Shown: positions 50,148 to 60,076, counted from the stretch's first letter. The stretch is DNA of 64,000 nucleotides from an uncultured Gammaproteobacteria bacterium (GCA_964559945.1 CAZLJY010000003.1:5209-69208), one strand, 5' to 3'. Notes: a model not told the origin generated them from the letters alone. A program made the numbers and translations.

Positions 50148-50321
50148 TTACAGCGCGAGGTGTTTAATCGCACTCTCAAGCTTGGTGCGCTTGGCCAGCA
50201 ACGTCTGATCGATGTTAGCTTCTCCCTGGTTTTCAACCAGGATTTCGATTCTGCCCAGCTCCACTGAAAGATCGTGGTACATGGCGACTCGGTTGGTGCG
50301 TTTCGTTTTAGCTTGGGTCAT
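50148..50321 (-). CDS. Small (57 aa) hypothetical helical protein
   Basis: ATG 50321 is preceded by a strong SD (AAGGAGAG, 7 nt spacing). Product: MTQAKTKRTNRVAMYHDLSVELGRIEILVENQGEANIDQTLLAKRTKLESAIKHLAL. The caller's 50384 start is a 5' extension. Confidence 0.5.
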   Translation of the reverse strand: MTQAKTKRTNRVAMYHDLSVELGRIEILVENQGEANIDQTLLAKRTKLESAIKHLAL

Positions 50322-50459
50322 GGCGATCTCTCCTTGCGTTGCTGCCGTTTCCATGGACGCAATGTACCCAAAGCCCGGGCCCAAGTGTTTGAAGAAATGT
50401 TACGTGGGCCTTTTTTCCGTTAACGAATGTAAACCGGAGGGGTAAAAAACGCTTCTGCG

Positions 50460-51740
50460 TCACTTTGTGACGTTTTCAGACAGCAATGACAGCACCTCAG
50501 ACTCAAGTTCTGCCACCATTTCCGTATGGTGGCTACCGGTTCCAGGGCCAGAAAACCCGCTATGGATTTTTTGAATGGTGTGATTGCGATCCAGAAAAAT
50601 GGTGGTTGGATAGGCAATGATGTTGTCAATAAAGTCCAATGTGGCCGCGGCATCACTTTTATCGTAAGTACCCACCAACAGAAGTTCATAGTCAATATTG
50701 TGGCGGGCTTTAAAGCGACCGATCATTTCCCGATCCCGCTCAACATTACCGGTGTACTCATACGCCAGGCCGATAATTTCCAGCCCTTGGTCTTTATATT
50801 CTGTGTACCAGCGGCTCAGAATCGGCGCCTCGTCATTGCAATTTGGGCACCAGCTTCCAAACAAATTTAGGAGTACCGGCTTACCGGCAAATCGTGGGTC
50901 GTCCAAAGAGACCGTTTGCCCTTTCAGGTTTTCAAAAGAAAAATGCACACCCTCAACGCCATCGGTCTGACTGACCTGGGCCCAGGCGTCCGGCAAAATC
51001 TGCTGGCCTTCGCTGGCGCGGGACGCCTGCCAGGTGGCGTGATAAGTCTCCCGAGACCAAAAATCACCGACCAAACGGCCATCCGCAGTGAGCGCCGCGT
51101 CAAACAAAAACACATGGCCACCGTCAAACGCGGATAAACGCAATCGATCCTGTTCAAAGGAACCAGCCAGGAACCGGTAATCACCGGTGGGGGTCAGGAA
51201 GGTACCGCTAACACGATTGCCAATCTGAACAAACTCACCTTGGGCAGGTTCACTGCCGTCCTCATCAGAAAACTCCACCGCCCAGGTACCACTAATATCT
51301 TTCGCAGCAGATTGTCCTGGCAACGGCAAGAAACGCACCGCCATGCCGCGAGTTGCACTAAACGGGAGACTTGAGTCAACACCATCTTGATGAGTCTTTC
51401 GCCAGCGCCCGCGCATCACAGCACCATCAGCAGAAATCTCTGCGGTGATTTCCGAGTCATACCACCGGTAGTTCATCTCCACCTGCTGGCCGTCGCGGGT
51501 GACCTCGCTAAAGGGAACAATTTCCTCCCCATTAAGCACGTGCCCACTGCGCTGGTCATCGCCAATGACCAGCTCAAAGGGCAGCTCACCACCCGGAGAC
51601 GCCAGCACTGCTCGCCACTGGCCCGCAATAGAAACCGCCGGCGTTGGGGCCGACTTATTGCCAGCGCCTGGACCATCATCCTCTGAGGTACAACCTAGGA
51701 TGCTAAGGATAACCACTAGCACAACGACTCTGACGCTCAT
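50460..51740 (-). CDS. TlpA/ResA-like thiol:disulfide oxidoreductase lipoprotein with a ~270-aa N-terminal domain of unknown function
   Basis: Lipobox ILGCTS and a C-terminal thioredoxin fold with WCPNC (LLNLFGSWCPNCNDEAPIL). The N-terminal part contains two related modules (IAGQWRAVL... and ISGTWAVEF...). Confidence 0.75.
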   Translation of the reverse strand: MSVRVVVLVVILSILGCTSEDDGPGAGNKSAPTPAVSIAGQWRAVLASPGGELPFELVIGDDQRSGHVLNGEEIVPFSEVTRDGQQVEMNYRWYDSEITAEISADGAVMRGRWRKTHQDGVDSSLPFSATRGMAVRFLPLPGQSAAKDISGTWAVEFSDEDGSEPAQGEFVQIGNRVSGTFLTPTGDYRFLAGSFEQDRLRLSAFDGGHVFLFDAALTADGRLVGDFWSRETYHATWQASRASEGQQILPDAWAQVSQTDGVEGVHFSFENLKGQTVSLDDPRFAGKPVLLNLFGSWCPNCNDEAPILSRWYTEYKDQGLEIIGLAYEYTGNVERDREMIGRFKARHNIDYELLLVGTYDKSDAAATLDFIDNIIAYPTTIFLDRNHTIQKIHSGFSGPGTGSHHTEMVAELESEVLSLLSENVTK

Positions 51741-52996
51741 GAAAACTCCTCAATTCTGGCTTTCACCAGCTCAATATGACTGCGCAGATGGTAAAGCTCA
51801 TCGGCATAAGACAGCGGTGTTTCCACCTGTTTTACTTCCTGCTCAAGACGCAATATCCCCGCTTTGAGTTCTTCGCTCAGACCGCTGAGATCCAATTGCG
51901 CTTCGAGCTTACGCAGATCTTCATACCACCGATAGATTCGAGATCGGACTCGCCAACGGTAGACCGGAGGAAATACTCGCATCAATGGCAACACCAGCGC
52001 CAGCAGTGGGACCAGCATGACGATCAAGCGATCAATAAGCGTGGCGGCCCAGAACGGCAGGATACTTTGTAAAAATGATGGGCCCCGTTCATGAAAGCGT
52101 CGAGCCTCGTCAGCCAAAGGCAAGGATAAAAACTGCGCTGACGGAAACGTACCAGGTTCATGAAATAACCCGGCCTGTCCAACGATGCGCGGCGAGGCCA
52201 TCAACAACAGGTCGATCAATGCCGGGTGTAAGTCTTCCTGGGCAACCAGCATGGCGGCCACACCCACCAAGTGCTTTCGTTCATCGGGTCGATCATTGGC
52301 CAGATCAATCGCGCCGGCAGGCAGGGAAAGGGCCGAAAGATAGGTTTTGTGCAGGGGATAAGCGGACGCCCGAGGCAGATGCATCAACGCCACGTTCGGC
52401 ATCGCCAGCATCTGACGAACCTTCGGCGATGATGCGCCGGCAACGGTCATCACTGCGTCCAGCTGGCCTTGGCCTAATAAGGTGGCAGAATTTTCCGACG
52501 CATAGTTTTCCATTTCCGAGATATCTATGCCGTTAAGTTGAAACAGCTCATCCACCAATGTCCGAGTGCCACTGCCTTGTGCACCATGATCCACTCGAAG
52601 TGCAGCGAGATCGCCTAACTGTTCTGCCGGCAATCCCTCGCGAAGAAAAATCCACAGCGCCTCAAAATACAAACTGGCCAATCCACGAAACTGCCGATCT
52701 TCGGTAACCGGTAATTGGGTACCACCCTGCAAGAGAGCAAGATCCACACTGCCATTGGCTAACATTTCAGCGTTGTCCTGGCTGCCAGCGGTGGTTTTTA
52801 GAATCAGCTCAATACCGTTATTGGCCAGCTCTTTTTGCATGGCCAGACCAAACTGGTGATAAGCACCATCAACGCCACCGGTCGCCATTACTACCGTTTT
52901 TGGCGGTGCCGGCTCAACAAACTGATAGGCCAGTAAAAAACCGCCAATCGCCAGCGCAAGAGCGAGCGCGGTACTTCCTAATAATGGTCGGTTCAT
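51737..52996 (-). CDS. TAXI-family (TRAP-type) solute-binding protein homolog with C-terminal TM segment and coiled-coil tail
   Basis: TVVMATGGVDGAYHQFGLAMQKEL...AGSQDNAEMLANGSVDLALLQGG matches the TAXI/Imp signature. An extra ~100 aa follows (FWAATLIDRLIVMLVPLLALVLPL TM plus a helical YRWYEDLRKLEAQL...). The stop overlaps the next gene's start (ATGA). Confidence 0.7.
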   Translation of the reverse strand: MNRPLLGSTALALALAIGGFLLAYQFVEPAPPKTVVMATGGVDGAYHQFGLAMQKELANNGIELILKTTAGSQDNAEMLANGSVDLALLQGGTQLPVTEDRQFRGLASLYFEALWIFLREGLPAEQLGDLAALRVDHGAQGSGTRTLVDELFQLNGIDISEMENYASENSATLLGQGQLDAVMTVAGASSPKVRQMLAMPNVALMHLPRASAYPLHKTYLSALSLPAGAIDLANDRPDERKHLVGVAAMLVAQEDLHPALIDLLLMASPRIVGQAGLFHEPGTFPSAQFLSLPLADEARRFHERGPSFLQSILPFWAATLIDRLIVMLVPLLALVLPLMRVFPPVYRWRVRSRIYRWYEDLRKLEAQLDLSGLSEELKAGILRLEQEVKQVETPLSYADELYHLRSHIELVKARIEEFS

Positions 52997-53247
52997 CCCA
53001 CTTCCTTTTCGTTTGATCCCAAGCTAGTCAAAAGGCCAGCAACGCTGATCAACAGCCAACAGACCTCAATCACAAAGGCGGACAAATTAAAATCAACCCA
53101 GAGCGACACCAAAATCAATAGCGCCCCCAAGGCATTGGCGGCGTAATATCGCCAGTCCTGGGCGCTCAACCAACCTTGTTGCAAGGACCCAAAAGCCACT
53201 AACAGGGAAATCACTCCGCAAATTCCCAATACATCATGAATTGCCAT
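52993..53247 (-). CDS. Small (84 aa) three-TM membrane protein
   Basis: Hydrophobic segments GICGVISLLVAFGSL, ANALGALLILVSLWV and VIEVCWLLISVAGLL. It overlaps the TAXI gene start by 4 nt. Confidence 0.6.
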   Translation of the reverse strand: MAIHDVLGICGVISLLVAFGSLQQGWLSAQDWRYYAANALGALLILVSLWVDFNLSAFVIEVCWLLISVAGLLTSLGSNEKEVG

Positions 53248-53368
53248 TTTGTTTCAGCCCGTTTAGCCTGCATAGAGCCACCTGACTAACCCGCAAGGCA
53301 GAGAAAACATTGCCTCATTCTATCCCACCATTCTGGATCCCACGACCTTACAAGGCGCTCCGATTCGC

Positions 53369-55411
53369 GTGATGAAACCCCTCGCTCACTCGACCAAGCT
53401 TTTGACTCGCGCTGCGGCGACGATTTTCCTCGCCCTATTGACCATTGCTGACGTATCGGCCCGAGTTGATAGCCTGCGGATTCGTGAACGGGTGACCATA
53501 GAGGCCACCGCACAGTATCCCGCTTACGAACGACTGTCCGGTACTGTGCGTTTCAGCATCGACCCGGCCTTGCCAGTGAACCGGCGCATCAGTGACATCT
53601 CCTTGGCAGAAACCACCCACCCCCACGGCTGGGTCATGGCCAGTGCAAACTTCATGATCCTGCGTCCGGCAACGGCGCCCGCCAATCCGGTGGCCCTACT
53701 TGAGATTTCTAATCGCGGAGGCAAAGCGGCGCTTAGATTGTTTCAACATGCCACACGCTCTTTGACCCCCAATTTGCCCGCACACTTTGGCGACGGGTTG
53801 CTGATGCGCGAAGGAATAACCTTGGTATGGGTAGGCTGGCAGTGGGACGTGCCGGATGATGACCCGGCGAAACTGCGCCTGGATGTGCCCAAAGCACCCA
53901 GCCGCGACCCCGTCAATTACGGCTTAGTTCGATCCGACTGGGTGGTTGATGAAGCCACGGAACTGCTGCCACTGTCCCACCGCAATCATTTGGCCTATCG
54001 ACCCGCCCGATCGGTGGACCCACGGAATGTACTGACACGCCGCACCAGTCGAACAGGCCCAAGGGAGATTGTGCCGCGGAATCAGTGGGACTTTGTTTTC
54101 GAACGCAACCCGTTGGGAGTAAAATCTCCTCACTTGAAAATTGATGGTGGTGCTCAGGCTGGATTCATCTATGAGCTGACCTATGTGGCCAAAGATCCAA
54201 AATTGGCTGGCATGGGACTGGCTGCCATCCGAGATGTGGCCAGCTGGCTCAAACATGGTGCCGACAAAGAACTGAGAGTCAATCACGTCATGGGTTTTGG
54301 GGTCAGCCAAACCGGTCGTTTTGCCCGCCACTTTCTTTACCAGGGTTTTAACGAAGACGAGCAAGGTCGCCGGGTATTCGACGGGTTGCTGATTCATACA
54401 GCAGGAGCTGGGCGCGGCAGCTTCAACCATCGTTTTGCTCAGCCATCTCGGGACGGCCACCGATTCTCGGCGTTTTTCTATCCCACCGATGTGTTTCCCT
54501 TTACCAGTGCCAGTCAAACCGATCCCATCAGCGGCCATCGCGACGGACTGCTAGCGGCCTACGAAAACGCGGATCTACTGCCTAAAATTTTCTATACCAA
54601 TAGTGGTTATGAGTACTGGGGTCGCGCCGCCGCCCTGATTCATACCCATGTGGATGGCAATTCCGATATCGCGCCGCTGCCCAACGAGCGCATCTACCAT
54701 CTCGCGTCTGGCCAGCATTACGTCGGCTCTGGGCAAGATCTTGACGACCCTCCAGCAGATCGGGTCTGGCGACACAACTCGCTCAATTACCTTGTCAATT
54801 TGCGCGCCCTGATCATTCGCCTTGGCAAGTGGGTCAGTGAAGATACCTCACCGCCCGACAGTAAATACCCTCGGTTGGACGATGGCACCTTGGTGAGCTT
54901 TGACCGGTTTTCGTTTCCCAAAATCCCAGGGGTTCGCCCTCCAATGGCACCCCATGTTGCCTATCGACCCGATTATGGACGGCGCTGGCCCCAGGGCATC
55001 ATTGATCGACAGCCACCCATGCTCGGCCCGGCGTTTCTAGCACATGTGCCAGCCGTTGATGACTACGGCAATGAGCTTGGCGGCATCCGCAATCTAGAGG
55101 TTGCCCTGCCCGCCGCAACCTTTATTCCCTGGTCGCTGCGCAAGGGCCTGCCAAACCCAACGGAAATGAAGGATTTTTCAGGCTTGCTGGTACCCCTTCG
55201 CAGCTGCGAGGTCGACGGCGATACCCGGCCGCTGATTGATGAGCAGCTAACTGACCAAGACTTTCGCGAGGCCGCCAACGCGTTGATCAGCGACGGCTAT
55301 CTGCTGGCGGAAGACTTAGAGCCAGTGGTGGCCCGCGCACGTATTCTCCATGATTGGGCTAGGTCTTTGGACTGCGAGCCGTCCAAGGCAGCGGTCAGCG
55401 GAGTGAACTAA
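53369..55411 (+). CDS. Uncharacterised 680-aa secreted protein (possible alpha/beta-hydrolase-like fold)
   Basis: Signal peptide ...FLALLTIADVSA. GFGVSQTGRF resembles a nucleophile-elbow-like motif, but the assignment is weak. No other diagnostic motif recognised. Confidence 0.6.
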   Translation: MMKPLAHSTKLLTRAAATIFLALLTIADVSARVDSLRIRERVTIEATAQYPAYERLSGTVRFSIDPALPVNRRISDISLAETTHPHGWVMASANFMILRPATAPANPVALLEISNRGGKAALRLFQHATRSLTPNLPAHFGDGLLMREGITLVWVGWQWDVPDDDPAKLRLDVPKAPSRDPVNYGLVRSDWVVDEATELLPLSHRNHLAYRPARSVDPRNVLTRRTSRTGPREIVPRNQWDFVFERNPLGVKSPHLKIDGGAQAGFIYELTYVAKDPKLAGMGLAAIRDVASWLKHGADKELRVNHVMGFGVSQTGRFARHFLYQGFNEDEQGRRVFDGLLIHTAGAGRGSFNHRFAQPSRDGHRFSAFFYPTDVFPFTSASQTDPISGHRDGLLAAYENADLLPKIFYTNSGYEYWGRAAALIHTHVDGNSDIAPLPNERIYHLASGQHYVGSGQDLDDPPADRVWRHNSLNYLVNLRALIIRLGKWVSEDTSPPDSKYPRLDDGTLVSFDRFSFPKIPGVRPPMAPHVAYRPDYGRRWPQGIIDRQPPMLGPAFLAHVPAVDDYGNELGGIRNLEVALPAATFIPWSLRKGLPNPTEMKDFSGLLVPLRSCEVDGDTRPLIDEQLTDQDFREAANALISDGYLLAEDLEPVVARARILHDWARSLDCEPSKAAVSGVN

Positions 55412-55489
55412 CCGCGTTACCTGAATGGCTGGAAACGAAAAACCTTCTGCCCCTGTGATTCTCGCTGAGCGCCAGTTCAATCCAATGAA

Positions 55490-57412
55490 TTAGCGCCCGG
55501 TGAGGCTTGGGGGCATCGGGCAATGGAGCGCCGCACAGACTGCCCGAAGAAGCTCCACTTCTTCTAACGTGACCTGGCCGTCATGAGCCAGAGTCGTTAT
55601 GGCCGCTTCTATTAATGCCTGTTTGAACATGGGTTTCAACTCATCAACCTCAGCCAGACTTGCATCCAATGCGGCGACCCATTGGGAAGGCGCGGCATAA
55701 GTGCTGGAATCCATGGGAAACAAATGATTGATGCCAGATTGGTAGGCCCGACGCGCAGCACTTTCCTGCTCATGACCAGCATCGGCTAACACAGCTAACA
55801 ACTGCGACACCGCCTCGCGGCACTGTTTCAAGCTGGCTTGTCCGCGATCAACCGTGTCAGGTCGGATGGATTCTTCAAGATATTGACTGATCACTTTAGA
55901 CAGTGCGTACTCAAATACCGAGACTTCACCATCGGCACGGATTAACCTGCCAATAACCGCTAAATAGGTTCTGATGGCTTGCCGTGGGCGGCGCTTAACC
56001 GCCGGAAATGCCAATTCCACTAGCGGCAATCGATGCAGCGCAGGCAGCGCATCGGTAGCGCTCAAATTTTCCTCAACCCGCAGGCGATGATTGGCACCCA
56101 TTCCCGATTCGATAATCTCCAACTGGTGACGGCGCATGGTCGGATCGGTATCCAGTAACAGCGCAAGTACCACATCAACTGCGTTCTGCACCGAGCGCGC
56201 ACGTTCCAACAGTTCAGCTGGCAGGTGGTCAATGAGCCGCTCCGCGTACGCCACGTGATCCCAGCTCGGATTGCCGACTTCTGCCATCAACTCCTGAGGC
56301 TGGGCAGCCACCGTCGTTTCTCCGGCAAAACCCATAGCGCCAATTGCCTGGGCAGGCGCAGGGCCTGCATCCATTGGCGGCGGCTCTAACGCGATCCTGG
56401 CCGCTAACTGGCGAATTTCACTGGGATCAAAGCGGGAATCAATGGCCCGAATGCGATCTTCTAGATCAGGATGGGTGGCGAACATCCGCCGACCGACACC
56501 GTCGGCAAACAACATGTGGCCCACCTCTTCTGGATCAGCGGCCTCGAGCCGTCCGTGCTGTGATACTGCGGCGATTTTCTTTAATGCACCGCTGATGCCG
56601 TCCGGGTCACGGGTGAACTGCACTGCGGAAGCGTCAGCCAGATATTCTCGTTGCCGGGACACAGCCGCCTGGATCAAGCGGCCAAAAAACAAACCCACAA
56701 ACCCAATAATCATCAACGACCCACCCACAAATACCAGTGGCGCACCGTCTTTCTTTGATCCGCCACGATAGGTCGCTCGCAATATCTGGCGCCCGGCAAG
56801 ACCAATCACCAAAATGCCGAACAACACGCCCATCAGGCGGATATTCATACGCATATCGCCATTAAAAATATGGCTGAACTCATGGGCAATGACGCCCTGC
56901 AATTCACTGCGCGTGAGGGTCTCAAGACAGCCTCGGGACACCGCAACAGCAGCGTCACCGGGAGCATAGCCCGCGGCAAAGGCGTTGATGCCGCTTTCCG
57001 CTTCCAGCACATAGACTTCCGGTACCGGAACACCTGAAGCCAGGGCAATTTCTTCGACCACGTTACACAGCTGACGGCGTTTCGGGCCGGTGGCATCTGG
57101 CGAAATTAACGTGCCTCCCATAGAGCGTGCCACCACGCCGCCTCCGCCACGAAGCACAGCCATCTTGAATAGGGTTGCACCTCCAATGGCACCAATAACC
57201 ATCAACGATGACCACACTAAAACCATGGGGTTTTGGCTCACCCATTGGAATGTCGGCAGGGCCATATCGCGCTCGGAGCTACTGACACTGGCCGCAACCA
57301 CCAACACCACCAGATCCACTGCCAAAACAATCGCCACCACGGCTAGCAGGAACATGGCGATTAGACCTCGCGTCTTGGTCCGTGCCTTGTCCTGCTGCTC
57401 AAAGAAATTCAT
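55490..57412 (-). CDS. M48 family zinc metallopeptidase (HtpX-like) with long C-terminal extension
   Basis: N-terminal TM helices and the HEFSHIFNGD HExxH motif. The ~300-aa C-terminal region carries two ADG/HDG-x-V-x-x-x-E motifs reminiscent of TerB-like domains. It is adjacent to lemA. Confidence 0.8.
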   Translation of the reverse strand: MNFFEQQDKARTKTRGLIAMFLLAVVAIVLAVDLVVLVVAASVSSSERDMALPTFQWVSQNPMVLVWSSLMVIGAIGGATLFKMAVLRGGGGVVARSMGGTLISPDATGPKRRQLCNVVEEIALASGVPVPEVYVLEAESGINAFAAGYAPGDAAVAVSRGCLETLTRSELQGVIAHEFSHIFNGDMRMNIRLMGVLFGILVIGLAGRQILRATYRGGSKKDGAPLVFVGGSLMIIGFVGLFFGRLIQAAVSRQREYLADASAVQFTRDPDGISGALKKIAAVSQHGRLEAADPEEVGHMLFADGVGRRMFATHPDLEDRIRAIDSRFDPSEIRQLAARIALEPPPMDAGPAPAQAIGAMGFAGETTVAAQPQELMAEVGNPSWDHVAYAERLIDHLPAELLERARSVQNAVDVVLALLLDTDPTMRRHQLEIIESGMGANHRLRVEENLSATDALPALHRLPLVELAFPAVKRRPRQAIRTYLAVIGRLIRADGEVSVFEYALSKVISQYLEESIRPDTVDRGQASLKQCREAVSQLLAVLADAGHEQESAARRAYQSGINHLFPMDSSTYAAPSQWVAALDASLAEVDELKPMFKQALIEAAITTLAHDGQVTLEEVELLRAVCAALHCPMPPSLTGR

Positions 57413-57476
57413 GGTGTGAGCCTTGCCATCTCAATGACATCGGTTGGTCGGCAGCCGGGCGCCGTTGCTGGGAAGA

Positions 57477-58058
57477 TCAAAATTCGACTTTGGGTGCCTC
57501 CCGCACTACGGGGTCTTCGATTTCCAGCAAATTCGCTGCGTCAAAATTGAACGAGCCGGCAATCAGGTTGCTGGGGAAGGTTTCCCGCGCATTGTTGTAA
57601 TTCATGACCGAATCGTTAAACGCCTGACGAGAAAAGGCGACCTTGTTTTCCGTTGTGGTGAGCTCTTCGGTCAGCTGCATCATGTTTTCGTTGGCCTTGA
57701 GGTCGGGATAACTTTCGACCAATGCGAATAATTTGCCTAGGGCGCCGCTCAACATGTTTTCCGAACCCGCCAACTGCTGCATGGCACCAGCGTCGCCCGG
57801 GTTGTTGGTGGCACCTTTCAAACCCGTGACGGCTTGATTCCTGGCTTGTATCACCGCTTCCAGGGTTTCCTTTTCGTGCTTCATGTACCCTTTGGCGGTT
57901 TCCACCAAGTTGGGGATCAAGTCGTGGCGGCGGGTCAGCTGCACATCAATTTGGGCAAACGCGTTTTTGTAGCGATTGCGTTTGGTCACCAGTCCGTTGT
58001 AAAGCGAAATAGCAAACACAATTGCCGCGATGATCAAGCCGAAAAAAATCCACCCCAT
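57477..58058 (-). CDS. lemA: LemA family protein
   Basis: N-terminal TM, then YNGLVTKRNRYKNAFAQIDVQLTRRHDLIPNLVETAKGYMKHEKETL, a canonical LemA sequence. Confidence 0.92.
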   Translation of the reverse strand: MGWIFFGLIIAAIVFAISLYNGLVTKRNRYKNAFAQIDVQLTRRHDLIPNLVETAKGYMKHEKETLEAVIQARNQAVTGLKGATNNPGDAGAMQQLAGSENMLSGALGKLFALVESYPDLKANENMMQLTEELTTTENKVAFSRQAFNDSVMNYNNARETFPSNLIAGSFNFDAANLLEIEDPVVREAPKVEF

Positions 58059-58187
58059 AAGGTTTCTCCCAAGAGAATAAAGATACGATTATGCCAGAAT
58101 TTTCAGTAGCTTGAGTGAGGCCATAGTCATGTTTCGGCAAATAATATGGGTGGCAGCAACGCCGTTTGCCCGGTAAGCTGCTGGACG

Positions 58188-59450
58188 ATGTTTGTCGTAC
58201 ATACTCCTTGCCGCCCATTTAAACGCCTGATCCTTCGGGGGCCCAGGCTGTGCTGCATCGTGGGTCTGGCCCTAAGCCTGTTGATCGGCCCGTCGTTTGT
58301 CATCGCTGGCGAGCTTTCCTCTGCCTTGGCTAAGCTCAATAACGATCTAGAAAGCCTGAGTACCGCGCCCAACATGATGGGCTTGGGTGTCTGCGTCATC
58401 GACAACAAAGCAACCCGCCTTTTGAAGGTTCAAGGAAAGCGGGTAATTGGCGGCAGTCCGATCAACGCTGAGACCCGTTTTCGCCTGGCATCGGTATCTA
58501 AGGGTTTTGCCGCAACCACGGCCGTATTGCTAAACCAACAAGGCAAACTTGATCTCAATACCAAAGTTCGCTCTGTAGTGCCCTACTTCACTCTCCCTAA
58601 TGCGACAGAGGTGAGCAAGGTCACCTTGACTCACTTATTGAGTCATCGCCTAGGGTTACCACCCAACGCCTATGACAATTTGCTCGAAGCTGGCCGAAAA
58701 CCCCGCGACATCGTGCCGAGATTTTCCGAGGTTAAAGCGTTGTGCCCAGCGGCCGGCTGTTACGGATACCAAAACGTCGGCTTCAATTTGATCGCGGAGG
58801 CCATCGAGTCGCAAACCGGCGTCACTTATCAGGAACAGGTGGAACATCGCCTGCTGCAGCCGCTCGCAATGGCGGACTCTGGCTTCGGACAGGACCATCT
58901 AAAACACGATGACAACTGGGCCAGACCCCATCGGGGCCGCGGTCGGTTTCTGCGTCGCAGTTCGGTTAACGATAATTACTACCGGGTTCCTGCTGCCGCC
59001 GGCCTGAACGCCAGCACCCAAGATTTGTGCCGCTGGCTTGAAGCGCAACTCGGCGCTCACCCTGAAGTGATCAGTGCTCAAACTCTGGACCAACTGCGCG
59101 CTCCGCAGGTCTTCACCCGCGCCGAGATGAATCGCGGTCGCTGGAGGCGCACACGGCTCAAAAGCGCCCACTATGGACTGGGCTGGCGGCTGTACGACTA
59201 CGCCGGGCATTCCATTGTGTTTCACGCCGGGTCAGTCAGCGGCTTCGGGGCGGTCATCGCCATACTACCCGACGACCAAGTGGGCCTTGCGGCGGTCTGG
59301 AACTCGGAAAGCACTCGACCCTGGGGATTATTGCCCAGCTTCTTAGATTCCTATTTTGACCTGGCAGAACAGGACTGGATGAAACTGAAAAGCCTCAAAC
59401 TCAGCGGCGCGCCAGCCGCCTCCAGCGGCACCCTGGCACCCGAGCCCTAA
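58188..59450 (+). CDS. Serine hydrolase, beta-lactamase/transpeptidase-like (class C/esterase family)
   Basis: SxxK motif (FRLASVSKGFAATT), YxN-like (NAYDN) and a late HAGSVSGFG. A signal-like N-terminus follows ATG 58188 (alternative start 58146). Confidence 0.8.
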   Translation: MFVVHTPCRPFKRLILRGPRLCCIVGLALSLLIGPSFVIAGELSSALAKLNNDLESLSTAPNMMGLGVCVIDNKATRLLKVQGKRVIGGSPINAETRFRLASVSKGFAATTAVLLNQQGKLDLNTKVRSVVPYFTLPNATEVSKVTLTHLLSHRLGLPPNAYDNLLEAGRKPRDIVPRFSEVKALCPAAGCYGYQNVGFNLIAEAIESQTGVTYQEQVEHRLLQPLAMADSGFGQDHLKHDDNWARPHRGRGRFLRRSSVNDNYYRVPAAAGLNASTQDLCRWLEAQLGAHPEVISAQTLDQLRAPQVFTRAEMNRGRWRRTRLKSAHYGLGWRLYDYAGHSIVFHAGSVSGFGAVIAILPDDQVGLAAVWNSESTRPWGLLPSFLDSYFDLAEQDWMKLKSLKLSGAPAASSGTLAPEP

Positions 59451-59598
59451 ACAGGGCTTATCACTAAAACGCGTTAAACACCGCCGGTCTTGTCGTCCAA
59501 GGCCGCCAAGTAAACTGAATGCCGCCTAGATTGTTTGCTCTAGCTAGTGGATGGAACATCGTATTCATAGACCACTAATTCACTGGAGTACAGTCTCG

Positions 59599-60039
59599 AT
59601 GAAAACCACCAACACCTCATTAACCCAATCCATTCAAAAGGCCAATACTGCCGCTCGCGAACTGCGCTTAGCCGGCCTGGGCATCATTTCACGAGTCCGC
59701 AGCAATGCCAGCTCGCTGTTTGCCGACCTAGTAGACGAAGGTCAGGACGTGCAAGACAAGGCAGCTCAAGCGCTGTCCGGCTCGGTCCAAAAACTGCGTC
59801 AGGAAATCGATAGCCGAGTGAACATTCGGTCAACGGTTCAGCAAGCCCGAAGCCAGGCAGTGGCGGCGGTCAGCAAGAACACCGAACGCTTGGAAACACT
59901 GGTGCAAAGTCAATTAAGCAAAGTGCTCAACGTGGCCGGCATCCCCAGCAAGTCAGAACTGAAAAAGCTGGATTCACGGGTCACCACGCTGCGTCGTGAA
60001 ATTCGCAGCATCACACCCAAAAGAGCAAAAGCGGCCTGA
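59599..60039 (+). CDS. Phasin-family polyhydroxyalkanoate granule-associated protein
   Basis: ARELRLAGLGIISRVRSNASSLFADLVDEGQ...GIPSKSELKKLDSRVTTLRREI fits the PHA-granule-associated (PhaF/PhaI N-terminal type) pattern. SD GGAG lies 10 nt upstream of ATG 59599. Confidence 0.7.
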   Translation: MKTTNTSLTQSIQKANTAARELRLAGLGIISRVRSNASSLFADLVDEGQDVQDKAAQALSGSVQKLRQEIDSRVNIRSTVQQARSQAVAAVSKNTERLETLVQSQLSKVLNVAGIPSKSELKKLDSRVTTLRREIRSITPKRAKAA

Positions 60040-60076
60040 ACATTGGCCTTATGAGATAAGCCCGAAGGGCCATCAA

